A stretch of 64,000 nucleotides of DNA from positions 203,324-267,323 of the forward strand of contig JBEIPA010000001.1 in assembly GCA_040377305.1 (NCBI GenBank), given 5' to 3'. Every line of letters begins with the position of its first letter. The first letter of the stretch is position 1. Source of the stretch: Flavobacteriales bacterium. GTDB lineage: Bacteria; Bacteroidota; Bacteroidia; Palsa-965. The notes beneath the pieces are model-generated. The model was not told the DNA's origin, searched no databases, and worked only from the letters and a program-made list of their open reading frames with translations. Made by a program: the position numbers and the translations under genes. Of the stretch, positions 1 through 8,386 are shown one piece after another.

Positions 1-73
1 TCTGGTGCGCGATTTCAAGACCGATAATACGTATATCATTACAAGACACGATATTATTAAGGCTTTGTGTTAG
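1..73 (+). CDS. 3' end of a gene entering the window, probably cystathionine beta-synthase (C-terminal CBS domain)
   Basis: Frame from position 2 reads LVRDFKTDNTYIITRHDIIKALC* (TAG 71-73); resembles the IIT(R/K)HD end of Bacteroidota CBS-domain cystathionine beta-synthases. Only 23 codons visible. Confidence 0.55.
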   Translation, partial: LVRDFKTDNTYIITRHDIIKALC

Positions 74-150
74 CAACAGGTTAAGTTGCTCTTCCTTTTA
101 GTCTGAATAATCATCGGCCTGCTAACCGCTCGATTCCCCAAGTATTCGCT

Positions 151-158
151 TATATTTG
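151..158 (+). promoter_or_regulatory. Bacteroidota housekeeping promoter -7 element (TATATTTG)
   Basis: Exact TAnnTTTG 5 nt before ATG 164. Confidence 0.6.
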
Positions 159-163
159 GATCA

Positions 164-2596
164 ATGCCTTTCCGCATTGCCATACTACTTCTTTTTCTTG
201 TTTCGCGTTTATCTGCGCAAATAAGTCCTGCAATTGATTCACTCGAAACATTGCTAGATGCTGAAAAAACAGAAGTACGTAAGATCGAATTATACAACCT
301 GTTGGCCGCAGAATACAAAAGCATCGATCCGTATAAAACACGTGAATACGCCAATACCGCTTACGAAATTGCATCCAGGCGAAACGACAAACGGGGACAG
401 GCGGATGCGTTGCACAAGCGGGGAGTTAGTTACTACTACCTCGATTCATACGACACCGCTCTTAATTGTTATCGCCAGAGTTACCAGCTCGCAAAAGCGG
501 CCGGCGACTCACTGTTAGTTGCCCAATCATATCTCGCAATTGGAAATGTATATCGCTTGCAGGGTTTGAATGATACCGCAGTGAGTTATTTATCGCGCGC
601 ACTGAAACTCTACGAAGCGGCAGGCGATCAGAAAAACATTGCTTTCTGCATGAGTACCATTGGCGATACGTACTTGTTTGCCGGTGAATTCGACAAAGCA
701 TTGAAGTATCACCTGGATGCATTGAAAATTGCCATTGCACTAAAGGATGAACACCGCGAAGCATTTTGTTACAGCAGTATTGGTAACAACTATCACATGC
801 GCGGCAAATTTGATACGTCCATCGTTTATCACACGAAATCAATTGAAGTTGCTCAGCGTGTAAATGAAGAAAATATTATGGCTGGTAGTATGGGCGTTGT
901 GGCCGATGCTTATGCAAATCTTTACAACTACCCCAAGGCAATTGAAACGTATCTGGCCGCACTCGACATCGCAGAAAAGAAACAGGACAAACACAACACG
1001 GCATTCATCTACGCTGGCATGAGCGACATTTATTCACGTCAAGGTGATTTTGTCAACGCGGAGAAATATCTCAACATGAGTATTACTCTTTCGTTGGAAA
1101 TTGGCGACTTAAGCCGATCCTCGAATGGAGAATTGACGATGGCGCAACTGCTCATGGAGAAGGGTGATACAGCACAGGCGCGGCTATCGGCAGAAAAGGC
1201 ACTGCAAACAGCAATCGACAACAACTATCCTATTCAGCAGGCGTGGGCATTGCGTTTAAAAGGCATCCTCAAAGAAAGAGAGAACAATCTGGATGTAGCA
1301 ATTGATTACTACCGCAGTTCGCTCAAGTTATCTACCGAACTTCTGGATCAGAAAGAGCAGGCAGAAACGCACAAAGTATTGGCGAATGCACTTTACAAGA
1401 CCGGAAAAAACGAAGAAGCAATTTCTGAAGCCTACATCGCATTTCTGCTGGCAGATACTATCGGTTCAACCGGACTTCGGATGGAGTCGGCAGATATATT
1501 AAGTAAAGCATACGAGAAGAAAGGTGATTTTCAAAATGCCCTTGTGTATTCACGCATCGTAAAAATGCTGAACGACTCACTGAATGATGCGGGCAATGCA
1601 AAACGTCAGGCGGAGCTATTTGCCGAATATGAAAATGAAAAAGACAAAGCAATACAGGATCAGCTGAATGCCGAGCAGGAAGCTAAATTTCAGCAGCAGA
1701 AAATTCTTACGATTGCGGCAAGTGTAGGTTTACTTCTTGTGATCGTGTTGGCAGTTTTCATTTTCCGGGGTTCTCAACAAAAGCAACGTGCGAATGAAAT
1801 CATCTCCGAACAAAAGAAAATTGTAGAAGAAAAAAATCAGGAGATTACGGATAGTATTCATTACGCAAAGAACATTCAGCTGGCCATGCTTCCTGCAACG
1901 GAACTGATCGAAGAATTGTTCAATGAGCATTTCGTGTTCTTTCGTCCGCGCGATATTGTGAGTGGAGATTTCTATTGGGTTGGACAACGTAACGGAATGA
2001 AATACTTTGCTGTTGCAGATTGCACCGGTCATGGTGTTCCGGGTGGATTCATGAGCATGCTTGGAATTACTTTGCTCAATGAAATTCTGGACGAGAAGAA
2101 CATTCTTACGCCGGAGAAAATGCTTAATGAGTTGCGGATGCTCGTCATTCAGTCATTAAACAAAGAACGAAAAGCCGGAACGCAATTTACCCGCGATGGA
2201 ATGGATATCGCTCTGATTAGTTTGGATACCAATTCGAACAAGTTGTACTTCAGCGGAGCCAATAACGGTATTTACATTTTGCGTGGGCAGGAATTTCTGG
2301 AACTGGAACCAGACAAGCAACCAATTGGGGCATACGAAAATGAAAAACCATTTACGCTGAAAGAATTTGATGTTCAGCCGAACGACGTGATCATTGCTTA
2401 CTCCGATGGATATCCGGATCAGTTTGGTGGAGCCAGAGGAAAAAAACTGATGTATCGTCAATTCAGGCAGATCATCGTGAATACAGTTGCTGTTCCAAAC
2501 GATCGTCGCGTGGCATATCTCGATAACGAATTTGATCGATGGAAAGCAGGTCACGCGCAAATCGACGACGTGTGTGTGTTCGGAGTGAAAGTCTAG
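164..2596 (+). CDS. TPR-repeat membrane sensor with SpoIIE/RsbU-type PP2C phosphatase domain
   Basis: Signal peptide, many TPR repeats, one TM helix, coiled coil, then PRDIVSGDFYW, AVADCTGHGVPG, DGMDIAL, YSDGYPDQFGG and QIDDVCV PP2C motifs. Confidence 0.9.
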   Translation: MPFRIAILLLFLVSRLSAQISPAIDSLETLLDAEKTEVRKIELYNLLAAEYKSIDPYKTREYANTAYEIASRRNDKRGQADALHKRGVSYYYLDSYDTALNCYRQSYQLAKAAGDSLLVAQSYLAIGNVYRLQGLNDTAVSYLSRALKLYEAAGDQKNIAFCMSTIGDTYLFAGEFDKALKYHLDALKIAIALKDEHREAFCYSSIGNNYHMRGKFDTSIVYHTKSIEVAQRVNEENIMAGSMGVVADAYANLYNYPKAIETYLAALDIAEKKQDKHNTAFIYAGMSDIYSRQGDFVNAEKYLNMSITLSLEIGDLSRSSNGELTMAQLLMEKGDTAQARLSAEKALQTAIDNNYPIQQAWALRLKGILKERENNLDVAIDYYRSSLKLSTELLDQKEQAETHKVLANALYKTGKNEEAISEAYIAFLLADTIGSTGLRMESADILSKAYEKKGDFQNALVYSRIVKMLNDSLNDAGNAKRQAELFAEYENEKDKAIQDQLNAEQEAKFQQQKILTIAASVGLLLVIVLAVFIFRGSQQKQRANEIISEQKKIVEEKNQEITDSIHYAKNIQLAMLPATELIEELFNEHFVFFRPRDIVSGDFYWVGQRNGMKYFAVADCTGHGVPGGFMSMLGITLLNEILDEKNILTPEKMLNELRMLVIQSLNKERKAGTQFTRDGMDIALISLDTNSNKLYFSGANNGIYILRGQEFLELEPDKQPIGAYENEKPFTLKEFDVQPNDVIIAYSDGYPDQFGGARGKKLMYRQFRQIIVNTVAVPNDRRVAYLDNEFDRWKAGHAQIDDVCVFGVKV

Positions 2597-2598
2597 CC

Positions 2599-3411
2599 AT
2601 GGAATTTCCATACACGTTCATTGATCAGATGAGGCATGAGGTAAAACTCAGTGCTCCTCCGAATCGTATTATCTCGCTTGTTCCTTCACAAACAGAATTA
2701 CTTCACGACCTCGGTCTCGGGGAAGAAGTTGTTGGCATTACCAAATTCTGTATTCACCCCGAAGCGTGGTTCCGAAACAAGACGCGTGTTGGTGGCACGA
2801 AACAATATCACCTCGATAAAATTGCATTGTTGAAGCCGGATCTCATCATCGGCAACAAGGAAGAGAATGATGAAGAGCAGATTCGTCGGCTTCAGAAAGA
2901 CTTTCCAGTTTGGATGAGCGACATTCACAATCTGGGTGAAGCCCTGGAAATGATTCGTCACATCGGCGTACTTACTACCCGACAGGAAAAGGCTGAATGG
3001 ATTGCGCACACTGTCAAGTCGGAATTTGATTTGCTCGAACAGAAAATGTCGGGCATGCGATCACTGAATGTTGCATATCTCATCTGGCGAAATCCATACA
3101 TGGGAGCAGGTCCCGACACATTTATCGATTCCATGCTTCAGCGGCTGCGCATGAATAATGTTCTGACGTCAGGTCGCTATCCGGAAACCACGATTGACGA
3201 ACTGAAAGAACTTTCTCCGGAAGTAGTGCTGTTGTCGTCAGAGCCCTATCCGTTCAAAGAACAGCATGTGCACGAGATACAAGCTGCTATCCCCGGTGCA
3301 ATCGTAGTGCTCGTCGATGGGGAAATGTTTTCCTGGTATGGTTCACGTTTGTTAAAAGCCCCTTCGTATTTCCTGAATGTTATTTCCCGGATTCACGAGG
3401 CAACCCGGTAG
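2599..3411 (+). CDS. Helical-backbone metal receptor, BtuF-like cobalamin/Fe-siderophore binding protein
   Basis: RIISLVPSQTELL, VGITKFCIHP, VGGTK, LSSEPYPF, DGEMFSWYGSRL; start taken at ATG 2599 just after the upstream stop. Confidence 0.85.
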   Translation: MEFPYTFIDQMRHEVKLSAPPNRIISLVPSQTELLHDLGLGEEVVGITKFCIHPEAWFRNKTRVGGTKQYHLDKIALLKPDLIIGNKEENDEEQIRRLQKDFPVWMSDIHNLGEALEMIRHIGVLTTRQEKAEWIAHTVKSEFDLLEQKMSGMRSLNVAYLIWRNPYMGAGPDTFIDSMLQRLRMNNVLTSGRYPETTIDELKELSPEVVLLSSEPYPFKEQHVHEIQAAIPGAIVVLVDGEMFSWYGSRLLKAPSYFLNVISRIHEATR

Positions 3412-3521
3412 AGAAACGTACGTCTTTCGCTGCTGTTTTAACAATTCCTAATTCTTAATTGTACATCGGAAGCTCGCTTGTGAGGAGCTAGTCGAAGGAT
3501 CGAATTCGTATCTTTATCCTG

Positions 3522-5837
3522 ATGTTGAGAATTCCGCTAGCTCTCATTTTTCTACTCTCATTTTCACTTTCTGCATGGTGCCAACCGGAACCTGTAAGAA
3601 AAGAAAAAGTGGGCGTTGTTTTGAGCGGCGGGGGCGCAAGCGGATTGGCACACATTGGCGTTCTGCGTTGTCTCGAAGAGAATGGTATTCCTATTGACTA
3701 CATCTGTGGAACATCGATGGGTGCATTGATCGGTTCACTGTATTGTCAGGGTTACACTCCCGACGAAATTCAGGAACTAATCGTGTCCGATGAATTCAAC
3801 AGCTGGGCTAACGGAATCATCGAACCACAATACGTTTATTACTTCAAGAAAAAAGAAGACAACGCATCGTGGATCACTTTCAAAATTTCTCCGGATACAA
3901 CGTTAAGTACTAGTCTTCCAACGAATTTGATTTCTCCGTTGCCCATGGATTACGCGCTGATGGAGAGAACCGCTGGTGCATCTGCTGCATGCGGATATAA
4001 TTTCGACAGTCTATTCTGCCCCTTCCGCTGCGTTGCTTCTGATGTTGCGAAAAAAGAATCCGTTGTTTTCCGTTCCGGCGATTTAGGTCAGGCGGTTCGC
4101 GCCTCAATGTCCTATCCGTTTTATCTGAAACCGATTCGTGTAAACGGCGCCCTGTTGTTCGATGGCGGATTGTACAACAACTTTCCAAGCAATGTGATGT
4201 ACCAGGACTTCTTTCCGGATTTCATCATCGGAAGTAATGTGGCTTCAGAATTTCCAGATCCGGATGAAGACAATCTTTTTTCTCAGGTTAGAGCAATGCT
4301 TACGAGCCCGACAGATTTCGAGCCGGTGTGTGAGAACGGTGTTATCATTGAACCCGATGCAGATTGGGCTGGGCTGTTCGACTTCGATCAGGCACAACGC
4401 TTGATTGACAGTGGATACGCAGCATGTAAACGAAAACTGGAAACCATTTGCGTTAACTTACAACACCGCGCCGATTCAGCCGATCTTGCTGCACGTCGCG
4501 CTGCTTTCAGAGCCAAGCAACCTCCGTTGGTATTCGACAACATCGAAATCGAAGGTCCGGGAATTAAAAAAGCGCAGGAGACGTACGTTCGCAAAATGCT
4601 TCGACATAACGAACGTTACGTGCCTAACAGCAAGTTGAAGACTGGATATTTTCGTCTCGCTGCGGATGATCAAATACAATCCATCTATCCGCTTGCACGC
4701 TACAACACTTCCACAGGTTATTACGATTTGCGTTTGACGATCAGGAAAGAGAAAAATCTCTTCACGCAATTCGGCGGCAACTTTTCGAACCGACCCATAA
4801 ACATGGGCTTCATTGGTATGCAATATAATTTCTTTGGTAATCCATCAGTGAGCATTAATGCAAATGGTTACTTCGGAAAACTGTATAGTGGTGCAATGGT
4901 AAAAGCGCGTTTCGATTTTCCGACGCGACTTCCGTTTTACATTGAACCATCATTCACCTGGAACCGTTTCGATTTCTATAAGAGTACACCAACTTATTTT
5001 ATTGACACCAAGCCGCCGTTCCTTGTGCACATTGATCGTATGGGTGAAATCTGTTTTGGAATGCCAATCAAGCGAAAGTCGCGACTCGTAGTTGGTTCTG
5101 GTGGTGGTTTCACCCGCTTCCTCTATTATCAGACTGATGCGTTTATATCCAGCGACACTTCCGACAGAACCGATCTCAATTATGTTTCGACCTATCTCCT
5201 GTTCGAACGCAATACACTCAACCGAAAACAATACGCGAGTGCAGGAACACACCTTGCATTCTGCGCGCGTTTTGTGCAGGCAGAAGAATTCTATGTGCCG
5301 GGAACAACTTCTCCTTTCATCGACGCATATCGTGCAATTCACAACTGGGTGCAGTTCAAAGCTTCTTACGACACGTACTTCAAGGAGAAAGGCAAATGGA
5401 GACTCGGATTCCTGGGGGAAGTGGTGTACTCGTTCCAGCCATTCCTCAGTAACTATACCGCAAGTATTCTTTGTACGCCGGGGTTTCAGCCGACGCCCGA
5501 CAGCAAAACACTATTCATTCCCACTTTACATGCTCACCAATATGGAGCAGCAGGATTGAAAAGCATATTCGTGATCTGGAAAAACGTCGATTGGCGGTTG
5601 GAGGGTTATGTTTTTGCTCCATATCAGGCGCTACGCGAAAAATCGGACCACACCGTTGAATATGCAGCACCACTTGCAATCGCAGACATGACCTACATCG
5701 GCATGACAGGACTTGTATGGCATTCTCCGCTCGGTCCGGTGAGTGCAAGCGTTAACTACTACAGCAGTCGTGAGGAACCACTCAGCTTCCTGATTCACTT
5801 CGGGTATATTATCTTCAATAAGAAAGCGCTGGAATAA
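3522..5837 (+). CDS. Patatin-like phospholipase with C-terminal beta-barrel-like region (PlpD-like)
   Basis: Signal peptide; LSGGGASGLAHIG, GTSMG nucleophile and DGG motifs; beta-strand-rich C-terminal half. Confidence 0.88.
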   Translation: MLRIPLALIFLLSFSLSAWCQPEPVRKEKVGVVLSGGGASGLAHIGVLRCLEENGIPIDYICGTSMGALIGSLYCQGYTPDEIQELIVSDEFNSWANGIIEPQYVYYFKKKEDNASWITFKISPDTTLSTSLPTNLISPLPMDYALMERTAGASAACGYNFDSLFCPFRCVASDVAKKESVVFRSGDLGQAVRASMSYPFYLKPIRVNGALLFDGGLYNNFPSNVMYQDFFPDFIIGSNVASEFPDPDEDNLFSQVRAMLTSPTDFEPVCENGVIIEPDADWAGLFDFDQAQRLIDSGYAACKRKLETICVNLQHRADSADLAARRAAFRAKQPPLVFDNIEIEGPGIKKAQETYVRKMLRHNERYVPNSKLKTGYFRLAADDQIQSIYPLARYNTSTGYYDLRLTIRKEKNLFTQFGGNFSNRPINMGFIGMQYNFFGNPSVSINANGYFGKLYSGAMVKARFDFPTRLPFYIEPSFTWNRFDFYKSTPTYFIDTKPPFLVHIDRMGEICFGMPIKRKSRLVVGSGGGFTRFLYYQTDAFISSDTSDRTDLNYVSTYLLFERNTLNRKQYASAGTHLAFCARFVQAEEFYVPGTTSPFIDAYRAIHNWVQFKASYDTYFKEKGKWRLGFLGEVVYSFQPFLSNYTASILCTPGFQPTPDSKTLFIPTLHAHQYGAAGLKSIFVIWKNVDWRLEGYVFAPYQALREKSDHTVEYAAPLAIADMTYIGMTGLVWHSPLGPVSASVNYYSSREEPLSFLIHFGYIIFNKKALE

Positions 5838-5923
5838 AATGTATTCTCACCGGGCAATGAACGTCGGGAAATGCGAACTGATAATCCTACAGAATTTCTC
5901 TGATCGGTAACGTTCGGATTCGA

Positions 5924-6598
5924 TCAGAAAAAAAGCTCCGTGAAAATTGAAATTACCAACGCAGCAATCAACGCACAGATCACGAACACAATAGTCAGCA
6001 AGCCAATGCCAGCAGCTGCAATGCCTTTGTTCTTCACAACTGTTTCATCTTTCGGCTGCTTAACTACAGGCTCGCGCGGATAGAGAAACGAAGCGAGCAT
6101 GATGCAGAGAATACAACAGACAAATGCACCAACGATAAACACTCCAACTGGTGGTGCCGTTCCTTTGATGAACAAACCGGCCATTGCAACAAGAAAAAAA
6201 ATTGCACCAGCTACACCGGCACCAACCGCCTGATTCTTGTCTTTCTTGATTGGTGCAGGTGACTTTGATTTTTCTGAATGTACCAGAACTTCTTCCGGTG
6301 TTTCCTGTTCGCTCTTCCCTGCAACAACATTCGGCAAGGCGCGATCTGCAGTCAGAGAAAGTTCATCTTGCTCCTTCGCGATTACTACTGTTGACGTCGT
6401 ATCCGAGACGCGCAGAATTCGCGTTAGTAATGTCTGCGCTGCTGTGGGTTCATGTACCGAAGCAACTTCCGATTTCTCAGGTACATTTCGATTCCGGTCA
6501 ACGTAAAATCCATCACGGTAATGTCGTTTCTCAATAGTGCAGGAAGTTAATCCCACAATGAGCAGTAGAACAATTCCGAAAATGAATTTCCCTCTCAT
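5924..6598 (-). CDS. Hypothetical lipoprotein-signal membrane protein
   Basis: LTSC lipobox, KRHYRDGFY motif, low-complexity linker, three C-terminal hydrophobic helices. Confidence 0.7.
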   Translation of the reverse strand: MRGKFIFGIVLLLIVGLTSCTIEKRHYRDGFYVDRNRNVPEKSEVASVHEPTAAQTLLTRILRVSDTTSTVVIAKEQDELSLTADRALPNVVAGKSEQETPEEVLVHSEKSKSPAPIKKDKNQAVGAGVAGAIFFLVAMAGLFIKGTAPPVGVFIVGAFVCCILCIMLASFLYPREPVVKQPKDETVVKNKGIAAAGIGLLTIVFVICALIAALVISIFTELFF

Positions 6599-6642
6599 GC
6601 GGTAAATTTTACTCCTGCCTTACTACTGTAGTCTGTCGTCAC

Positions 6643-6963
6643 TTACGCCATTCCCTTCGTGTTCCCGAAGTTCATCGGAAATGCACTCGAGAATTCTGTG
6701 TCATTGATCGGACCATTCGCACTTTCAAAGCGTGTGATGTTTTCTTTCAACGCCTTCATCAAACGCTTTGCATGCTGTGGTGTAAGTATGATGCGCGACT
6801 TCACGCGTGCTTTGGGTACGCCCGGCATTACCTGGATGAAATCAAGTATGAACTCAGAATTTGAGTGAGTGATAATTGCGAGATTGGAATAAGTTCCGCC
6901 TGCAACGTCTTCTCCGAGCTCAATATTCATTTGCTGTTGTTGCGGTTGTTCTTCGTTTGCCAT
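6643..6963 (-). CDS. DUF3467 family protein
   Basis: NIELGEDVAGGTYSNLAIITHSNSEFILDF...ARVKSRIILTPQHAKRL signature. Confidence 0.9.
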   Translation of the reverse strand: MANEEQPQQQQMNIELGEDVAGGTYSNLAIITHSNSEFILDFIQVMPGVPKARVKSRIILTPQHAKRLMKALKENITRFESANGPINDTEFSSAFPMNFGNTKGMA

Positions 6964-6997
6964 GTTAGTGCTTTTTAGTGTCCCGAAGATAGTGAAA

Positions 6998-7040
6998 CAG
7001 TAGGCAGTAGTGCAGTAGTGCAGTAGTGCGGTAGGCAGTC
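6998..7040. repeat. Left microsatellite arm of CAGTAGG/CAGTAGTG units ending GGCAGTC
   Basis: CAGTAGG CAGTAGTG CAGTAGTG CAGTAGTG CGGTAGG CAGTC; inverted relative to 7586-7643. Confidence 0.9.
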
Positions 7041-7100
7041 AAAAAAGTGGAGAATGGGAATTAACTGGTAAATCGCTGAAATTCAATGCGATTATCCGTT

Positions 7101-7140
7101 TACAAACGTTTACAATCACTTACAACCGACTACAAATGTT
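7101..7140. repeat. Four TACAA direct repeats at exact 10-bp period
   Basis: TACAA begins at 7101, 7111, 7121 and 7131. Confidence 0.6.
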
Positions 7141-7170
7141 TATTACCCGACTATTCAATTGCCACTGAAA

Positions 7171-7178
7171 TAGGTTTG
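7171..7178 (+). promoter_or_regulatory. -7 promoter element (TAGGTTTG) for the four-helix-bundle gene
   Basis: Exact TAnnTTTG 17 nt before ATG 7196. Confidence 0.55.
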
Positions 7179-7195
7179 CGGAAAAATCAAACTCT

Positions 7196-7576
7196 ATGGC
7201 ACAAATTAAAGGTTACCGCTCGCTTATTGCTTATCAGAAGTCATTCGCAATGGGAACAGCAATTTTTAAACTGACTGAAAATTTTCCAAAGGATGAGCAA
7301 TTTGAACTCACCAGTCAAATCCGCAGATCGTCACGTTCTGTGGGAGCTAATCTTGTAGAAGGCTACCGCAAGCGCAAGTATCCCAAAATGTTTCTTAATA
7401 AATTAAATACCTCTGACGGCGAATGTTCCGAAACAATTTACTGGTTGGAAGTAGCGCTTGCATGTGAATACATTTCCCAAACAGAATTCGAAAAGTATGA
7501 ATCAATCCTGGATGAAGTCGGAGCTTTACTCGGATCGATGATCAAAGCACCAGAGAAGTTCGCTCCTCGCTCGTAA
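7196..7576 (+). CDS. Four helix bundle protein (23S rRNA IVS-protein / Avd-like family)
   Basis: YRSLIAYQKS, FPKDEQFELTSQIRRSSRSVGANLVEGYRKR, SDGECSETIYWL; 126 aa. Confidence 0.92.
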   Translation: MAQIKGYRSLIAYQKSFAMGTAIFKLTENFPKDEQFELTSQIRRSSRSVGANLVEGYRKRKYPKMFLNKLNTSDGECSETIYWLEVALACEYISQTEFEKYESILDEVGALLGSMIKAPEKFAPRS

Positions 7577-7585
7577 ACTTATCCT

Positions 7586-7643
7586 GACTGCCAACTGCGC
7601 TACGGCACTACTGCCTACTGCACTACTTCCTTACTGCCTACTG
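7586..7643. repeat. Right microsatellite arm, inverted copy of 6998-7040
   Basis: GACTG CCAACTG CGCTACGG CACTACTG CCTACTG CACTACTT CCTTACTG CCTACTG; its reverse complement starts CAGTAGGCAGTA and ends GGCAGTC like the left arm. Confidence 0.9.
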
Positions 7644-7705
7644 AACAGGAGGAATCCGACGGCAGCGTGCGGTCCTCCTTGGTTTGTTCACAATAATTGT
7701 CGGTG

Positions 7706-7813
7706 AAAAAGTACTATCCTCCCGGGATGTTTTCCCCCTCTGAGTGATATTCCGGTATTGGGTTACCGATTAAGATGGCAGACCATCACAATATCAGAGA
7801 CCCGGGCGGATAG
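7706..7813 (-). ncRNA. Putative structured non-coding RNA of about 105 nt, family not recognised
   Basis: Closing stem 7714-7726/7801-7813 (12 of 13 pairs), a second stem and two inner hairpins; TACATTTG promoter just upstream on the minus strand and a U-tract just after the closing stem. Confidence 0.5.
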
Positions 7814-7818
7814 CAATA

Positions 7819-7849
7819 CAAATGTAAATTCACCTTTTTTGCCAGTCAA
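7819..7849 (-). promoter_or_regulatory. Promoter TTG-N20-TACATTTG pointing into the putative ncRNA
   Basis: -7 element at 7819-7826 and TTG at 7847-7849 on the minus strand; no ORF follows. Confidence 0.55.
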
Positions 7850-7913
7850 CCCGTATTACTACGGGATTTTTACCCCCGTATTTATACGGTATTTCACCCC
7901 CGTATTTCTACGG
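7850..7913. promoter_or_regulatory. Three tandem palindromic boxes CCGTA-N4-TACGG (candidate operators)
   Basis: Boxes start at 7851, 7876 and 7900 (spacing 25 and 24 bp). Confidence 0.65.
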
Positions 7914-8033
7914 TATTCCGCTGTTAACCTACTGATAAAGAAGGCATTCTGCGATTCACATAAAATGGGGATACACCATTCTACGTAAAGGCACGATTGT
8001 CGTACTTTCCTCGCTACAACCAAAAACAATCGT

Positions 8034-8285
8034 ATGAAATTCAGAGTCAACCACACAATCTCCAACCCACAAGAGTTCTGGGGACGCGCACAAAAGGCAT
8101 TGCCGAATCTTCCTGAAGGAATTAAGATTCATGTTGTGCTGCCAAACGAAACAATGGATACAGCAACTTGTGTTTGGGAAGCTGCGGATCTTGCAACAAT
8201 CACTGCGTTCCTTGAAGGAGCAACCGGAGATGTAAGCAAGAATGATTACATGATAATCAACGAAGCGAATGCGATGGGTGTTTAA
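8034..8285 (+). CDS. Small hypothetical protein, possibly dimeric alpha+beta barrel (DUF3303/DUF4242-like)
   Basis: 83 aa, A-rich initiation region, ATCVWEA motif; family assignment is inference. Confidence 0.7.
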   Translation: MKFRVNHTISNPQEFWGRAQKALPNLPEGIKIHVVLPNETMDTATCVWEAADLATITAFLEGATGDVSKNDYMIINEANAMGV

Positions 8286-8386
8286 CCCGATACTACAAGA
8301 AAGGCTTCCGTCTCTGTGAATAGTTGAGTGGTGATTCGATGTTACTCCTGCTCTTCTCCGGCGACGTGAAGCCTTTATCTTGCAAA

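Noticed and set aside
6615-6634. Another cassette arm downstream of DUF3467
   Set aside because: Only a degenerate CTGCCTTACTACTG; not distinguishable from chance.
7196-7576. 23S rRNA intervening sequence
   Set aside because: No rRNA sequence flanks the gene; the family name does not imply that location.
6998-7643. CRISPR array or diversity-generating retroelement
   Set aside because: Units are 7-8 nt with no spacers and no cas genes; no reverse transcriptase and no template/variable repeat pair differing at adenines was seen.
6996-7648. AACAG target-site duplication around the cassette
   Set aside because: The left copy overlaps the arm itself, leaving only AA outside; too weak to call.
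7817-7826. BlaI/MecI/CopY-type TACAnnTGTA operator
   Set aside because: Arises automatically from the TACATTTG promoter followed by TA; no such regulator is nearby.
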